DNA of 64,000 nt from a virus. Lineage: Duplodnaviria > Heunggongvirae > Uroviricota > Caudoviricetes. Numbering within the stretch: position 1 is the first letter of the stretch; each line of letters begins with the position of its first letter. The DNA lies in IMG/VR virus record IMGVR_UViG_3300032236_001858. One strand, given 5' to 3'. The notes under the pieces are model-generated. The model had not been told where the DNA came from. It ran no database searches and saw only the letters and a list, made by a program, of their open reading frames with translations. Both the position numbers and the translations under genes were made by a program. Below, one piece after another: positions 19,709 to 29,370 of this stretch.

Positions 19709-19739
19709 TTTGGTATTAAACTTTATTTGATTATATTTG
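19709..19739 (+). promoter_or_regulatory. Bacteroidetes-type sigma-A promoter (TTTG-N19-TATATTTG)
   Basis: TTTG at 19709-12 and TATATTTG at 19732-39 are separated by 19 nt. The ATG of the Sir2 gene is about 10 nt downstream, so the transcript is short-leadered. Confidence 0.45.
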
Positions 19740-19748
19740 TAAAATAAT

Positions 19749-20483
19749 ATGCAAAAGAAAAAGATATTGATTTTTACCGGAGCTGGAGTTTCTGCTGAAA
19801 GTGGCGTTGCTACTTTTAGAACAGGAGATGATGGGCTTTGGTATAATCACAAAGTAGAAGATGTTGCCACACCTGGTGGATGGCGTAGAGATAGAGAAAA
19901 AGTTCTTAATTTCTACAATATGAGACGTGCTCAACTTAAAGATGTTGAGCCAAACATAGCGCATAAAATAATTACCGATTTAGAAAAAGATTATGATGTT
20001 ACTGTTGTAACTCAGAATGTTGATGATTTACATGAAAGAGCTGGTTCAACAAATATAATTCATCTACACGGTGAATTAACAAAAGCAAGAGGTTGTATGT
20101 ATGAACATAAATCATCTGCTTTAGATAGTATTATTGATATAGGTTACGAACCGATTAAAATTGGTGATAAGTGTCCAACAACTGGTTCACAATTAAGACC
20201 TCATATTGTTTGGTTTGGAGAAGGATTAGATCAATCTGATATAGACAGAGCATCAGCAGCTGCTAATGATTGTAATATTTGTATTATTGTTGGTACTTCA
20301 ATGCAAGTAGCACCGGCTAATACTATTCCATTTTTAACAAAAGAATCAACTAACATTTACTATGTAGATCCATCTGATGCTGATTTTTATGTAGCAGAAT
20401 ATAGAAAAGAACTCTTCCACCACTATCAAGAACTAGCATCAACTGGAATGGTAAAAGTTATAGAAGATATAAAAAAATTATAA
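19749..20483 (+). CDS. Sir2-family NAD-dependent deacetylase / ADP-ribosyltransferase
   Basis: GAGVSAESGVATFR, QNVDDLHERAG and LHG motifs are present. 244 aa. Confidence 0.7.
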   Translation: MQKKKILIFTGAGVSAESGVATFRTGDDGLWYNHKVEDVATPGGWRRDREKVLNFYNMRRAQLKDVEPNIAHKIITDLEKDYDVTVVTQNVDDLHERAGSTNIIHLHGELTKARGCMYEHKSSALDSIIDIGYEPIKIGDKCPTTGSQLRPHIVWFGEGLDQSDIDRASAAANDCNICIIVGTSMQVAPANTIPFLTKESTNIYYVDPSDADFYVAEYRKELFHHYQELASTGMVKVIEDIKKL

Positions 20484-20485
20484 TT

Positions 20486-20758
20486 ATGAAAAAGGAATAT
20501 TACAGTTACGATTGTTACAAGTCCGCTTCATCATATGGTGATTTTATTAAGTCATTAGGCACATATACCTATGATGATGAAACTGACTCTATCGAATATA
20601 ATGGTTATATTGATAGTTCTAGTGTTTATTCAGATTTAACAAGTCAAATAATGAAGTACTATAAAGATAGAGAAACACCTGAACAAAAAGCTATCCGTGA
20701 AGCTAAAGAAAAAGCTGAAAAAAGAAATAATACTATTAATCAAATTTTAGGTGAATAA
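20486..20758 (+). CDS. hypothetical protein
   Basis: 90-aa ORF coupled to the Sir2 gene. Confidence 0.4.
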   Translation: MKKEYYSYDCYKSASSYGDFIKSLGTYTYDDETDSIEYNGYIDSSSVYSDLTSQIMKYYKDRETPEQKAIREAKEKAEKRNNTINQILGE

Positions 20759-21321
20759 TGTCACATATATCAATTATTGATTGGATTACGGCTTTACTAA
20801 TAGCATTGCCTTTATTTACTTTGTTTATTTCAATTCCAAGTTTTGTTGCTATGTATAAACTTGGTTTCAAAGCTTATCGTCAACAACTTCGTGTTTTGAA
20901 AATTATGAATCGTAAGATATCAAGTGGTTATAAAGTCATACATAATCAAGTTTATACATATGCTGGAACGGGTTATAATGTGCCAAATACAGTAACTAGA
21001 GTTGAAACTAATCATTTTTTCCCAATTGTTATTGATAAAGACCATTTAATAATCTTAACAAAGAAGGAAGGACCTTTCAATACACTTTATATGCAATATT
21101 GTGAATTTAAAAATAAAGAATGGTCAAATGACAATATTGAAATAAAAACTTCAACTTGTTTATTTACTCAACTTCTTAATGATAGATTTCAAAAAAAAGT
21201 TGATAATCTTATGAAAGAATCTGTTCAAATTGAAGGTGTTGAAAATCTAAACGAGTTATTAAATAGCCAAATAACTTCTATCAAAAGAGAAGAAGTATTA
21301 AATTCTATATTAAATGGATAA
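20758..21321 (+). CDS. hypothetical membrane protein
   Basis: Hydrophobic N-terminal helix (WITALLIALPLFTLFISIPSFVAMY). Confidence 0.45.
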   Translation: MSHISIIDWITALLIALPLFTLFISIPSFVAMYKLGFKAYRQQLRVLKIMNRKISSGYKVIHNQVYTYAGTGYNVPNTVTRVETNHFFPIVIDKDHLIILTKKEGPFNTLYMQYCEFKNKEWSNDNIEIKTSTCLFTQLLNDRFQKKVDNLMKESVQIEGVENLNELLNSQITSIKREEVLNSILNG

Positions 21322-21487
21322 GAAAGATATTGTTATAGTAGATTATTTTACTAAACTAACAACTACTGAGCTTTCTGATGATGGTATTGAGGCATTTCGG
21401 AAATTAAACTTTCGTGTTTTAAATATTCGCAAGTGGAGAGGAAAAATAGAAAGACGAAAAGAAAAAATTAAAAGAATCTATGGATAA
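21314..21487 (+). CDS. small basic hypothetical protein (57 aa, below the ORF-track cutoff)
   Basis: MDKKDIVIVDYF...RKWRGKIERRKEKIKRIYG fills an otherwise empty 160-nt gap. Confidence 0.25.
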   Translation: MDKKDIVIVDYFTKLTTTELSDDGIEAFRKLNFRVLNIRKWRGKIERRKEKIKRIYG

Positions 21488-21668
21488 CAGAGACGTTATT
21501 GAAATCTTTGGTCAATTACTTAATAGTAATAAAGAAATTATGATGTTGAATTCTAGACAAACTGGTAAATCATCATCAGCGGCTCTTGTTAACTGGAGAA
21601 AAACATTTGATAAGTATAATCGTGCTCAAGATAGAAAAGAAACCATAAAACGACTTTTTAATATATAA
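21480..21668 (+). CDS. hypothetical protein
   Basis: 62-aa ORF. Confidence 0.35.
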   Translation: MDNRDVIEIFGQLLNSNKEIMMLNSRQTGKSSSAALVNWRKTFDKYNRAQDRKETIKRLFNI

Positions 21669-21681
21669 TTAATAAAAAGAA

Positions 21682-22248
21682 ATGAATATTATGAATTTAC
21701 AAGAATTATTAAATAAATGGGGTATCAAATGTGATGTTAATACTTTGCTTGCTATGTGGAATGAATCTCATAGATCTTATCACACTTTAACTCACTTAAA
21801 TGATTTAATTGAACAAATTAACGAAAGTAAGTCAAAGTACTCTGAAAAAGAATATGAGAAGTTGATGTTAGCCGCACTTTTTCATGATTGTGTTTACGAT
21901 CCAATGAAAAGTGATAATGAGGAAAAATCAGCTGACTTCTTTATGGAATGTTGCTCTGATAAATCAAATCCAGACGTTTTAGAAGTAAAACAAATGATTC
22001 TTGATACAAAGACTCACGAAGCTACAACAAACCTTTCAGAGTCGTTTAATCATTATGATATGAGTATTGTAGAAAGAGATTTTGACCAATTATTAGATTG
22101 GGAAAATGGTATTCACGAAGAGTATAAAGCTTATGGTGAAGCTTACAAAGAAGGTAGATTGAAATTTTTAGAATCTGTTTTAGATAAATACCCTCATAAT
22201 ACAGAAAACTTACTTAAATTAATTGAGTGGGTAAAAAATAATTATTAA
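21682..22248 (+). CDS. HD-domain-like phosphohydrolase
   Basis: HTLTH ... LAALFHDCVYDP matches the H..H...HD metal-binding pattern. Confidence 0.35.
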   Translation: MNIMNLQELLNKWGIKCDVNTLLAMWNESHRSYHTLTHLNDLIEQINESKSKYSEKEYEKLMLAALFHDCVYDPMKSDNEEKSADFFMECCSDKSNPDVLEVKQMILDTKTHEATTNLSESFNHYDMSIVERDFDQLLDWENGIHEEYKAYGEAYKEGRLKFLESVLDKYPHNTENLLKLIEWVKNNY

Positions 22249-22249
22249 A

Positions 22250-23140
22250 ATGTTTATTAAAAAATTTGAAGATTTTAATCAGTTTAATTTAATTATAGAA
22301 AGACTACATATAAATAAAGAAATTGATGAATATTCTGATAAAATTTATCCTATAATATCCGATTCTGATAAATTTTATTTTGAATTTACCGATATACCCA
22401 GTAAATTAAATATATCTAAACTGGTTATAAATATTAAAGATATGGAACCTGGTTTATCTGGTCAATTAGATTTAAATAAATCTAAAGAGACTAAAAACGG
22501 ATGGATTATCTATGTAGATTTGAAGAAAAAATTTCATTTATATACACTTAAACATGAGTTGAATCATGCTCTTAGACTTACTTTAATTGGTAAGGATAAA
22601 ATGATTAAAAACCTAAACTATATAAAATCTCAAAATATATTCATATCTAAAGATAATGAAATGGAATACTTTTTCTATTTAATATATCTGGCAAATGATG
22701 AGGAAATAAACTCAAAGATTATGGAAACTAATGGGTTTATAAGAGAAGTTATGACTAAATGGGAAGTTAATAAATTAACAAAAGAACAATTTGATTATAT
22801 AATAAAAAGTACTCATGCTTTTAAACAATCTAATGAATTAATTAATTTTAAATGTGATGATTTGTTTAAGAATTATGATGAAAATAAATTAAATAAGTTA
22901 TTTTGTATATTAGAGGAAAATAAATCCGAACTGGACAGAATACAAGATAGTAAATTTTATAAATTAAAATTGATAATTAAGATATTTAAAGATATATTTA
23001 ACAATAAGACCGGTTTTAATCAAGATGATAAAAATATCTATAAACCTAAAAAGGGTAAAAAATTTTATGATACTTGGATACCATCACAAGGAGATAAACT
23101 AAAAAAAAGAATCTATTCATTATATGAACACTACCAATAA
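22250..23140 (+). CDS. hypothetical protein with HExxH motif (possible metallopeptidase)
   Basis: LKHELNHAL motif. 296 aa. Confidence 0.3.
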   Translation: MFIKKFEDFNQFNLIIERLHINKEIDEYSDKIYPIISDSDKFYFEFTDIPSKLNISKLVINIKDMEPGLSGQLDLNKSKETKNGWIIYVDLKKKFHLYTLKHELNHALRLTLIGKDKMIKNLNYIKSQNIFISKDNEMEYFFYLIYLANDEEINSKIMETNGFIREVMTKWEVNKLTKEQFDYIIKSTHAFKQSNELINFKCDDLFKNYDENKLNKLFCILEENKSELDRIQDSKFYKLKLIIKIFKDIFNNKTGFNQDDKNIYKPKKGKKFYDTWIPSQGDKLKKRIYSLYEHYQ

Positions 23141-23573
23141 CATGCAATATGGAGTAATTTATATTAAAATTTGCCCTAAGGGTTCTGGTGCTTGGATAAA
23201 ACATTGTCATATCTTATCAGCAACACCAATGTCATTTCAAAAAAATGTAGTTGATATTAAGAATAATATTAACTCAAAATACTCAGATGATATTGTGATT
23301 AAAATGGATCTTAGTATTCACCCCGGTTGTACTACAACGGCTGAAAGTGTTGAAAAGGTAGCAACTGATATGTATAATCAATTTTGTGAATTAGCCGAAA
23401 GACAAGGTATTCCTAATTCAATTAGATGTGTTTATTCAGTTGGTGAAATTAAAGATGTTAGTGTAGATTCAACACATCATATAATGCCGGTAAATGGTAA
23501 ATATGATGATGTTATGATTAGAGTTGGTCACTTCTTAGACGAATTTGATGAACCTGGATTATTTAAAATATAA
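23124..23573 (+). CDS. hypothetical protein
   Basis: 149-aa ORF followed by a terminator. Confidence 0.45.
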   Translation: MNTTNNMQYGVIYIKICPKGSGAWIKHCHILSATPMSFQKNVVDIKNNINSKYSDDIVIKMDLSIHPGCTTTAESVEKVATDMYNQFCELAERQGIPNSIRCVYSVGEIKDVSVDSTHHIMPVNGKYDDVMIRVGHFLDEFDEPGLFKI

Positions 23574-23602
23574 AAACCTCTCAATTGAGAGGTTTTTTTT
23601 AT
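23572..23602. terminator. bidirectional rho-independent terminator
   Basis: Hairpin ACCTCTCAATTGAGAGGT followed by a T-run, between convergent genes. Confidence 0.65.
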
Positions 23603-23943
23603 TTCTTTCTAATTATCATTTTATAAACTTTATCATTATTGATAAAATATTCACCACTTTTCTGTTCAAATTCTGGTCCTATTGTTTTTGCAATCTCACT
23701 TCCTAAATCTTTGATTTTATCTTTAATTGCAAATGCCCAAATATTAATTGTTAATATACCATCTTTTATAATCAGTGCTGAATTATTAGATTTATCTAAC
23801 TTTACATTATCAGAAAAGTAGTTTGGATTCAAACCGTATTTTTTCAAGATAGAAAATATATTTTTTGATATTGATTTTAATTCTAAATCTGTATTGGCAT
23901 CTTCATTTATCGACCAATTTTCAAATAATTTTAAATATTTCAT
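23599..23943 (-). CDS. hypothetical protein
   Basis: 114-aa ORF. AATTAATATATACATTAAT lies about 30 nt upstream in gene orientation. Confidence 0.45.
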   Translation of the reverse strand: MKYLKLFENWSINEDANTDLELKSISKNIFSILKKYGLNPNYFSDNVKLDKSNNSALIIKDGILTINIWAFAIKDKIKDLGSEIAKTIGPEFEQKSGEYFINNDKVYKMIIRKK

Positions 23944-23961
23944 AATGATTATTTTTTTATT

Positions 23962-23978
23962 AATGTATATATTAATTT
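23962..23978 (-). promoter_or_regulatory. putative promoter (TTAATATATACATT)
   Basis: Recurrent motif in the orientation of the gene at 23599..23943. Confidence 0.35.
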
Positions 23979-24699
23979 AAAAATTCATAATTATTAATTC
24001 TGTACCCATAATTGTTATTTTAGAATCAAATTTACAATTAGGATAAAGCTCTTCTATTCCATCAAAGTAGTAATAGCTTAGTAAAAATCTACCTTTAATA
24101 TTATTTAGAACTTCAGCAAGTTCTTTATGAGTTTCTTTATTGAAATCGTGATTGATGTAATATTCTTCTTTACCAAAATAAGGAGGATCTACATAAAAGA
24201 ATGTTGATTCAGAATCATACATCTCAATTACTTTTTTATAATCGTAGTTGTGTATTTTATTTATTTTATACAAGTGATACTCATAAGCTCGATATTTCAT
24301 TTTAAGTATATTGAACTCACTATTATCTCTCCAAGAGTCTTTTCCTATTTCATATGGTGATGAGCAGCAAAGTACAACTAACCAGTAAAGAGAAAGTAAC
24401 ATTTCATCCTTTTCGGTTATCATGTTTTTCAAGCAACTTCTGTAGTATTCTTCATCTACTTCAGTTTTTTTGAATATCTCAATAAAGTCAGGATTTTTTA
24501 GATTTTTGAATAGTAAATAGTTTAGATTGTTTTTATCATTATAGATAAAATTAACATCCTTAAACTTAGTAAAATCTAGTGCAAAAAAAATACCAAACAT
24601 TCCACCAAATGGTTCCACATAAGTGGAAATATTCGTAGGTATGTTTGGTATTATGAAATTCGCAAATTTAGATTTTTCTCCTAAGTAGGGTATTAGCAT
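23977..24699 (-). CDS. DNA N6-adenine methyltransferase (Dam / D12 class)
   Basis: N-terminal YLGEKSK...FGGMFGI and a DPPY catalytic motif (FFYVDPPYF). Confidence 0.7.
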   Translation of the reverse strand: MLIPYLGEKSKFANFIIPNIPTNISTYVEPFGGMFGIFFALDFTKFKDVNFIYNDKNNLNYLLFKNLKNPDFIEIFKKTEVDEEYYRSCLKNMITEKDEMLLSLYWLVVLCCSSPYEIGKDSWRDNSEFNILKMKYRAYEYHLYKINKIHNYDYKKVIEMYDSESTFFYVDPPYFGKEEYYINHDFNKETHKELAEVLNNIKGRFLLSYYYFDGIEELYPNCKFDSKITIMGTELIIMNF

Positions 24700-24708
24700 C
24701 TAAACTTA

Positions 24709-24942
24709 TTAATTTTTTGACTTCACAGATTTCTTAATTTCTTTGTGAAGTTGCTTGAAGATAGATTTAACTTCTCCAAATTTCATTTCCCCACTAATTG
24801 CTGCCATATAATCAGTTTCTAATTTACTAATTTTTTCATGAACAGGATAAACGGTTATAGCTTTTGTAGCTCTTGGTTTTCTTGTCTTTACATTAGAATT
24901 TGCTTCGGCTTTCATAGAAGGAGTTGTTTTTGAATTTTCCAT
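24709..24942 (-). CDS. hypothetical basic protein
   Basis: 77-aa ORF, 9 nt upstream of the Dam gene in the same operon. Confidence 0.4.
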   Translation of the reverse strand: MENSKTTPSMKAEANSNVKTRKPRATKAITVYPVHEKISKLETDYMAAISGEMKFGEVKSIFKQLHKEIKKSVKSKN

Positions 24943-24987
24943 ATGTTTTTATGTTATAAAAGTTATATTAAAAAAATGTTATTTGTT

Positions 24988-26097
24988 TTATTTTTTAAAT
25001 TCTTTTTTATCATTAGAAACATAAAAGTTATCAAAGTTGTAATATTTTTTATAGACTTCTTTAATCTTTTTCATATTAACATCATCTAGGATATCATAAA
25101 CTGACCAACCTTCTGGATTAATATATTGATTAACATTCTTATATCTAAGAATCTCGTCTTTTTCCATTCTTACTTTATAATAATCTTTAACAAGATTGAA
25201 TCTTTCTTTTGTTAAATACTTATCAGGATTTGTAATTACCTCTTTAACTGAATCAACTACACCATTAAAGTTTTTGTTAGAAGTTTGAGTTGAAATAGTA
25301 TTAATACCTTGATTATTAACTCTTGATAAATAACAATGTACATAATAAACTAAGCCTCTTTTTTCTCTAATTTCTTGATAAAGAGGAGATTTTAATCCTA
25401 ATGATAACATAGCATTAATAAAGTGAACATAAGCAAAATCCTCTTCAATTATTGGAGAAAGAATAGCAATAGATGTTTTATCTTTGAATTCATTACTTAA
25501 TTCCAAATCAACATCATGATTTCCAAATTCTAAAGTTTTCTTAATTTCTCTTTTAGCAAAATCAATAGTGTTGTTTTTATAAGGCTTGTTCTTAGAAACA
25601 TTAATGATTTTTGTTGGCTTAGCATATTGAAGTTCAAAAAAGTTCAAACAATCCATATACTTTAAGTTTTCCAAATCTTCTTTCAATCCAATTGGGTCAA
25701 AGTCACCAAATAATTTACGAGAAAGATTTAACATATGTGTTTGAGTTTGGTCATTAAAACAATCCATATACTCTTCAAGTACGATATTTCTTTCATTCTC
25801 AAATTGTTCCTTAGTAACATTAAATTCACCAAGTAAGTCCATAAACTCACCTTTCCACTTATTTACTTTTTCATCTAAACCTGTTAGATAGAAAACGATT
25901 TCATTTGAACTCGTGTAAGCATTCCAATCAATACCATCTTTATCAAAATCTTCTTGAAGATGATCAAAGTTTTTACACATTAAATGTTCCATTAAATGGC
26001 TAATACCATACCAACCTTTTTTCTCAAGGTTTGTTGAACCTTCATAAACTACATAAAAACCAGAAAGGTCTGTTTGAGATTTTAAATTTATTATCAT
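24988..26097 (-). CDS. M16 (pitrilysin/insulinase)-like zinc peptidase
   Basis: GISHLMEHLMCKNF carries the inverted HxxEH zinc-binding motif of the M16 family. Confidence 0.45.
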   Translation of the reverse strand: MIINLKSQTDLSGFYVVYEGSTNLEKKGWYGISHLMEHLMCKNFDHLQEDFDKDGIDWNAYTSSNEIVFYLTGLDEKVNKWKGEFMDLLGEFNVTKEQFENERNIVLEEYMDCFNDQTQTHMLNLSRKLFGDFDPIGLKEDLENLKYMDCLNFFELQYAKPTKIINVSKNKPYKNNTIDFAKREIKKTLEFGNHDVDLELSNEFKDKTSIAILSPIIEEDFAYVHFINAMLSLGLKSPLYQEIREKRGLVYYVHCYLSRVNNQGINTISTQTSNKNFNGVVDSVKEVITNPDKYLTKERFNLVKDYYKVRMEKDEILRYKNVNQYINPEGWSVYDILDDVNMKKIKEVYKKYYNFDNFYVSNDKKEFKK

Positions 26098-26147
26098 TTA
26101 TACACACTTTTATTTAGTGTTATATATTTAGTAAGTAAGAATGTTTA

Positions 26148-27077
26148 TTATTTATTAATGTCAAATTTAGACCAAATAACAAGGTCACCATCTACATACT
26201 GTACTTCAGTAGGAACCCACTTTAAGTAAACAATAAATCTAGAAGATATTTCTTCACTAGTAATCTTAGTTCCAAATTTTGAATTTATTTTATCAGCAAT
26301 ACCTTGACAGAAAATAATTAATCTATCTTCTTCAACTACTGAAAATTCATTTATTGTTATAAATTGTTCAACATAGCTTTTTACCGATTTATTATAGTTT
26401 GCGGTTGTTGGATTATCTGTTAGGTTTTTAGTAATTATTTTTGACCAGTTTTCTTTTAAGTCATCTTGTAAATAAGTAAGAGCTACTTCATGGTATTTTT
26501 CCATTAAACCAGGAATTTCGTTAATATAAAGCTGACCATAAGGTGTTTGATGATATCCATATTTATATCTAATTATGATTTCATCAACACCATTAAATAA
26601 AGCCCAACCATCACCACCAAGAAAAATTTTATTTTTATCAAGTCCTAATTTATCGGCTGTAAAGTAAAGATAAACATCACAAAAACCATTTGTGCTATCT
26701 AATCTTGTTGACTTATACCACTCAAAGAAATCCCTACCTGTTATTTTATTTGCTTCCTCTGAGAAGATAAGTTTAATAATTTCAAAAGTCCAACCTTTTT
26801 TCTCAAGTTCTGATTGTAGATATTGATAATCTTCTTCTGGTTTTGCATTTTCTCTTTTACAAAGGTCAGAAAAAGACAAAGTACTAAAATTTTCAGTTAC
26901 TCCAATAATATCATCAGAAAAAGTATCTCTTAATTCTATAAGTTCCTGTCTTTTATTATCAGCAATCATTTTTTTAACATCTGATTCTGATATAACAATT
27001 TGTTTTCCATTAACATCATAAACTACAATGTCTTCCTTAATGAATTCATTATACTTCTTCAACAACTTCTTCTTCAT
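26148..27077 (-). CDS. hypothetical protein
   Basis: 309-aa ORF. Confidence 0.5.
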   Translation of the reverse strand: MKKKLLKKYNEFIKEDIVVYDVNGKQIVISESDVKKMIADNKRQELIELRDTFSDDIIGVTENFSTLSFSDLCKRENAKPEEDYQYLQSELEKKGWTFEIIKLIFSEEANKITGRDFFEWYKSTRLDSTNGFCDVYLYFTADKLGLDKNKIFLGGDGWALFNGVDEIIIRYKYGYHQTPYGQLYINEIPGLMEKYHEVALTYLQDDLKENWSKIITKNLTDNPTTANYNKSVKSYVEQFITINEFSVVEEDRLIIFCQGIADKINSKFGTKITSEEISSRFIVYLKWVPTEVQYVDGDLVIWSKFDINK

Positions 27078-27206
27078 GTAAAATTTGTTCTTTTTCTAAT
27101 TCTTTTTTTGCAACTTCAGCAACATAATTAGCCCACTCTTCATCCATATAGCCGATGTCGCTATTGTTATAAAATGATATTGGTTCTTTTTTCATAAGAG
27201 TATATA

Positions 27207-28190
27207 TTAAGAAATTTTTCTGTTTTTTAAGTAATTTAAAAAATCAAAAGAGTTATCTTGATAAGTATTTAATATTTCTTTATTGATATTTATTTCTAAA
27301 ATATCATCTAAATATTGGTTCTTTTGGAAGTAGTGTTCAGCCGGATCTTTAGCGACTTTACTGATAACAGTTTTAGTTTTAATATTATTGAGTTCAAAAA
27401 AATCTTTTAGAATAGCTGATGATCTTAACCCTACTTCATCTTTATCGGAAAAGATAACAATTGAAGAAGGTTTCTTTTTTATTACTTGATAAAGTTGAAT
27501 ACCTGACCACATTGCACTTGAACAAGTAATCGCATTTTTACTTAAATTGACTAATGCCATTGTGTCAAAAATACCTTCTGTAATCCATATTTCTTTATCT
27601 TGTCCAAACCTATCAAGACCCCAAACTGAAATATCAGGACAAGCTAATGAATATTTTAATGTTCTTGTAAAACCATTACTCTCGATTCCAATTTTTCTAA
27701 TGGCGCAATTTATTAATCTATCATTTTCATCAAATAAAGGTATTAATATACCACCTTGTTCAATAGCATCTTGTAAAATTGGACTTAATATAGGATGTAT
27801 AGTAGCTCCTAAAATCTCAAGATGTCTTTTGTCATTAAAAGCAGACAAACCAACAATATCCCAATCAAGTATTGTTTTTTCGCCAAGACCTCTATTTTCT
27901 AAATAGTTATATTCATCTGCACTTAGTAATCCACAATTTTCTCTAACAATCTCAGTTAAACTATATAAATCTTCTTTAGTAATAATAACATCTTCAGCTT
28001 TGGTGTTTAACTCTTTTGAATTCACTTCAACCATTCTGTTATCATCTTGCCAGATAGATTTACATTCTTTTAATTGGTTTTCAATCCTTACTAAAGTAAC
28101 TGGATTAAGCTCAGGTAGGAAATTTGAGACAACACCCTTAACCGATCGATTATTATAAAGGATATAACCGAGTTCTTCATTTGTGTACAT
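27207..28190 (-). CDS. TOPRIM-domain protein (DnaG-like primase candidate)
   Basis: IWITEGIFDTMAL ... IVIFSDKDEVGLRSS matches the TOPRIM E..D and DxD pattern. No N-terminal zinc finger is seen. Confidence 0.45.
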   Translation of the reverse strand: MYTNEELGYILYNNRSVKGVVSNFLPELNPVTLVRIENQLKECKSIWQDDNRMVEVNSKELNTKAEDVIITKEDLYSLTEIVRENCGLLSADEYNYLENRGLGEKTILDWDIVGLSAFNDKRHLEILGATIHPILSPILQDAIEQGGILIPLFDENDRLINCAIRKIGIESNGFTRTLKYSLACPDISVWGLDRFGQDKEIWITEGIFDTMALVNLSKNAITCSSAMWSGIQLYQVIKKKPSSIVIFSDKDEVGLRSSAILKDFFELNNIKTKTVISKVAKDPAEHYFQKNQYLDDILEININKEILNTYQDNSFDFLNYLKNRKIS

Positions 28191-28265
28191 AAAATATTAT
28201 AATTTAAAATAGTTGTCTCGTTTGAATATATTTACTATATTTGTAGAAATTATATATTAAAACAA

Positions 28266-28883
28266 ATGATAAAAGTTGGACTTTCTGGTAATAGATATTC
28301 AGGTACTGATGAAATATGTAGTATATTTAGGCAGTATTCAATTCCTGTTTTTGAAGTCGATACTATATTGAAATTTATCATAAACCATGATATAACGGTT
28401 AGTTCTGATATTCGTTCAAAATTAAAATCTATTCATAATGGCGCTGGTTATATTGACCCAAGGTTGATAAGAACAAAGACAGAGGCTGAGGCTGTTATTA
28501 ACTCTGCTAAACATGAATTGATGTCAGCTTATAATAAATTTTCTGAAAAACATAGACAATCAATTTATACAATATTTCATTCATCTATACTATTTGAAAC
28601 AGGTTGGCAAAAAGAAATGAATTTTAATATAAATGTTTTTTGTCCAAAATCAACAAGAATAGAAAGGTGTAAACAAAATTTAAAAATTCCTATTTCAAGT
28701 GCAGCTGATTTGCTAAGAAATGAAATTGATGATTTGGATAAAAATAAAATGGCTAACTTTGTAATTCATAATTACAAAGGAAATAAAAGCCATTTAGATC
28801 AAGTTAATAAAATTGACCAGTATATAATTGATGAGTATTTAGATAGAAAACATAAAAATACTATTATTGAAACACACTTTTAA
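28266..28883 (+). CDS. hypothetical protein (degenerate dephospho-CoA-kinase-like N-terminus)
   Basis: MIKVGLSGNRYSGTDE resembles the start of a P-loop kinase, but the GK[ST] residues are missing. Confidence 0.35.
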   Translation: MIKVGLSGNRYSGTDEICSIFRQYSIPVFEVDTILKFIINHDITVSSDIRSKLKSIHNGAGYIDPRLIRTKTEAEAVINSAKHELMSAYNKFSEKHRQSIYTIFHSSILFETGWQKEMNFNINVFCPKSTRIERCKQNLKIPISSAADLLRNEIDDLDKNKMANFVIHNYKGNKSHLDQVNKIDQYIIDEYLDRKHKNTIIETHF

Positions 28884-28887
28884 ACTT

Positions 28888-29370
28888 ATGGTCCTAAGCA
28901 AAGCGTTGAAAACTATTAAAATAAAGTTAGTCGAACCAACTCCAAATAAGTTAGCTTTTGTCAAATTGATAAAAGATTGCAGTGGCCTTGGTTTAAGAGA
29001 GGCAAAAGATTTATGTGATAATATACATGGTAATCCTGAAAAAGTACATGAGATGCCTATTCGTGACTGGGAAAGCATGGATTATAATACCGGTAAAACA
29101 ACACCTGCAATTACTGATTTTAGAAAAAAGTTCAACACTGAGATTAAAAATGTTGGTGGTAGATTTATTGTTAATGGTGGTGTTCAATGGGATAGAAATG
29201 TAAAAATGTTGACACTTGGGATAGCTGAAAAATCTGATTATATCGAATTTATGAAAGATTATATTTTAAATAAATTTGGTAATTCAGAAGATTTACTTAC
29301 CTTTGTACTCGATAAAATTTCTAAAGAAGATTTACAAGAAATTTTTAATAAAACTAATATAGAATTATAA
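28888..29370 (+). CDS. protein with ribosomal bL12 (L7/L12) C-terminal-domain-like N-terminus
   Basis: KTIKIKLVEPTPNKLAFVKLIKDCSGLGLREAKDL matches the bL12 C-terminal-domain core ([23 protein letters not shown]). The ORF-track start is a TTG at 28867, and the first ATG is at 28888. Confidence 0.5.
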   Translation: MVLSKALKTIKIKLVEPTPNKLAFVKLIKDCSGLGLREAKDLCDNIHGNPEKVHEMPIRDWESMDYNTGKTTPAITDFRKKFNTEIKNVGGRFIVNGGVQWDRNVKMLTLGIAEKSDYIEFMKDYILNKFGNSEDLLTFVLDKISKEDLQEIFNKTNIEL

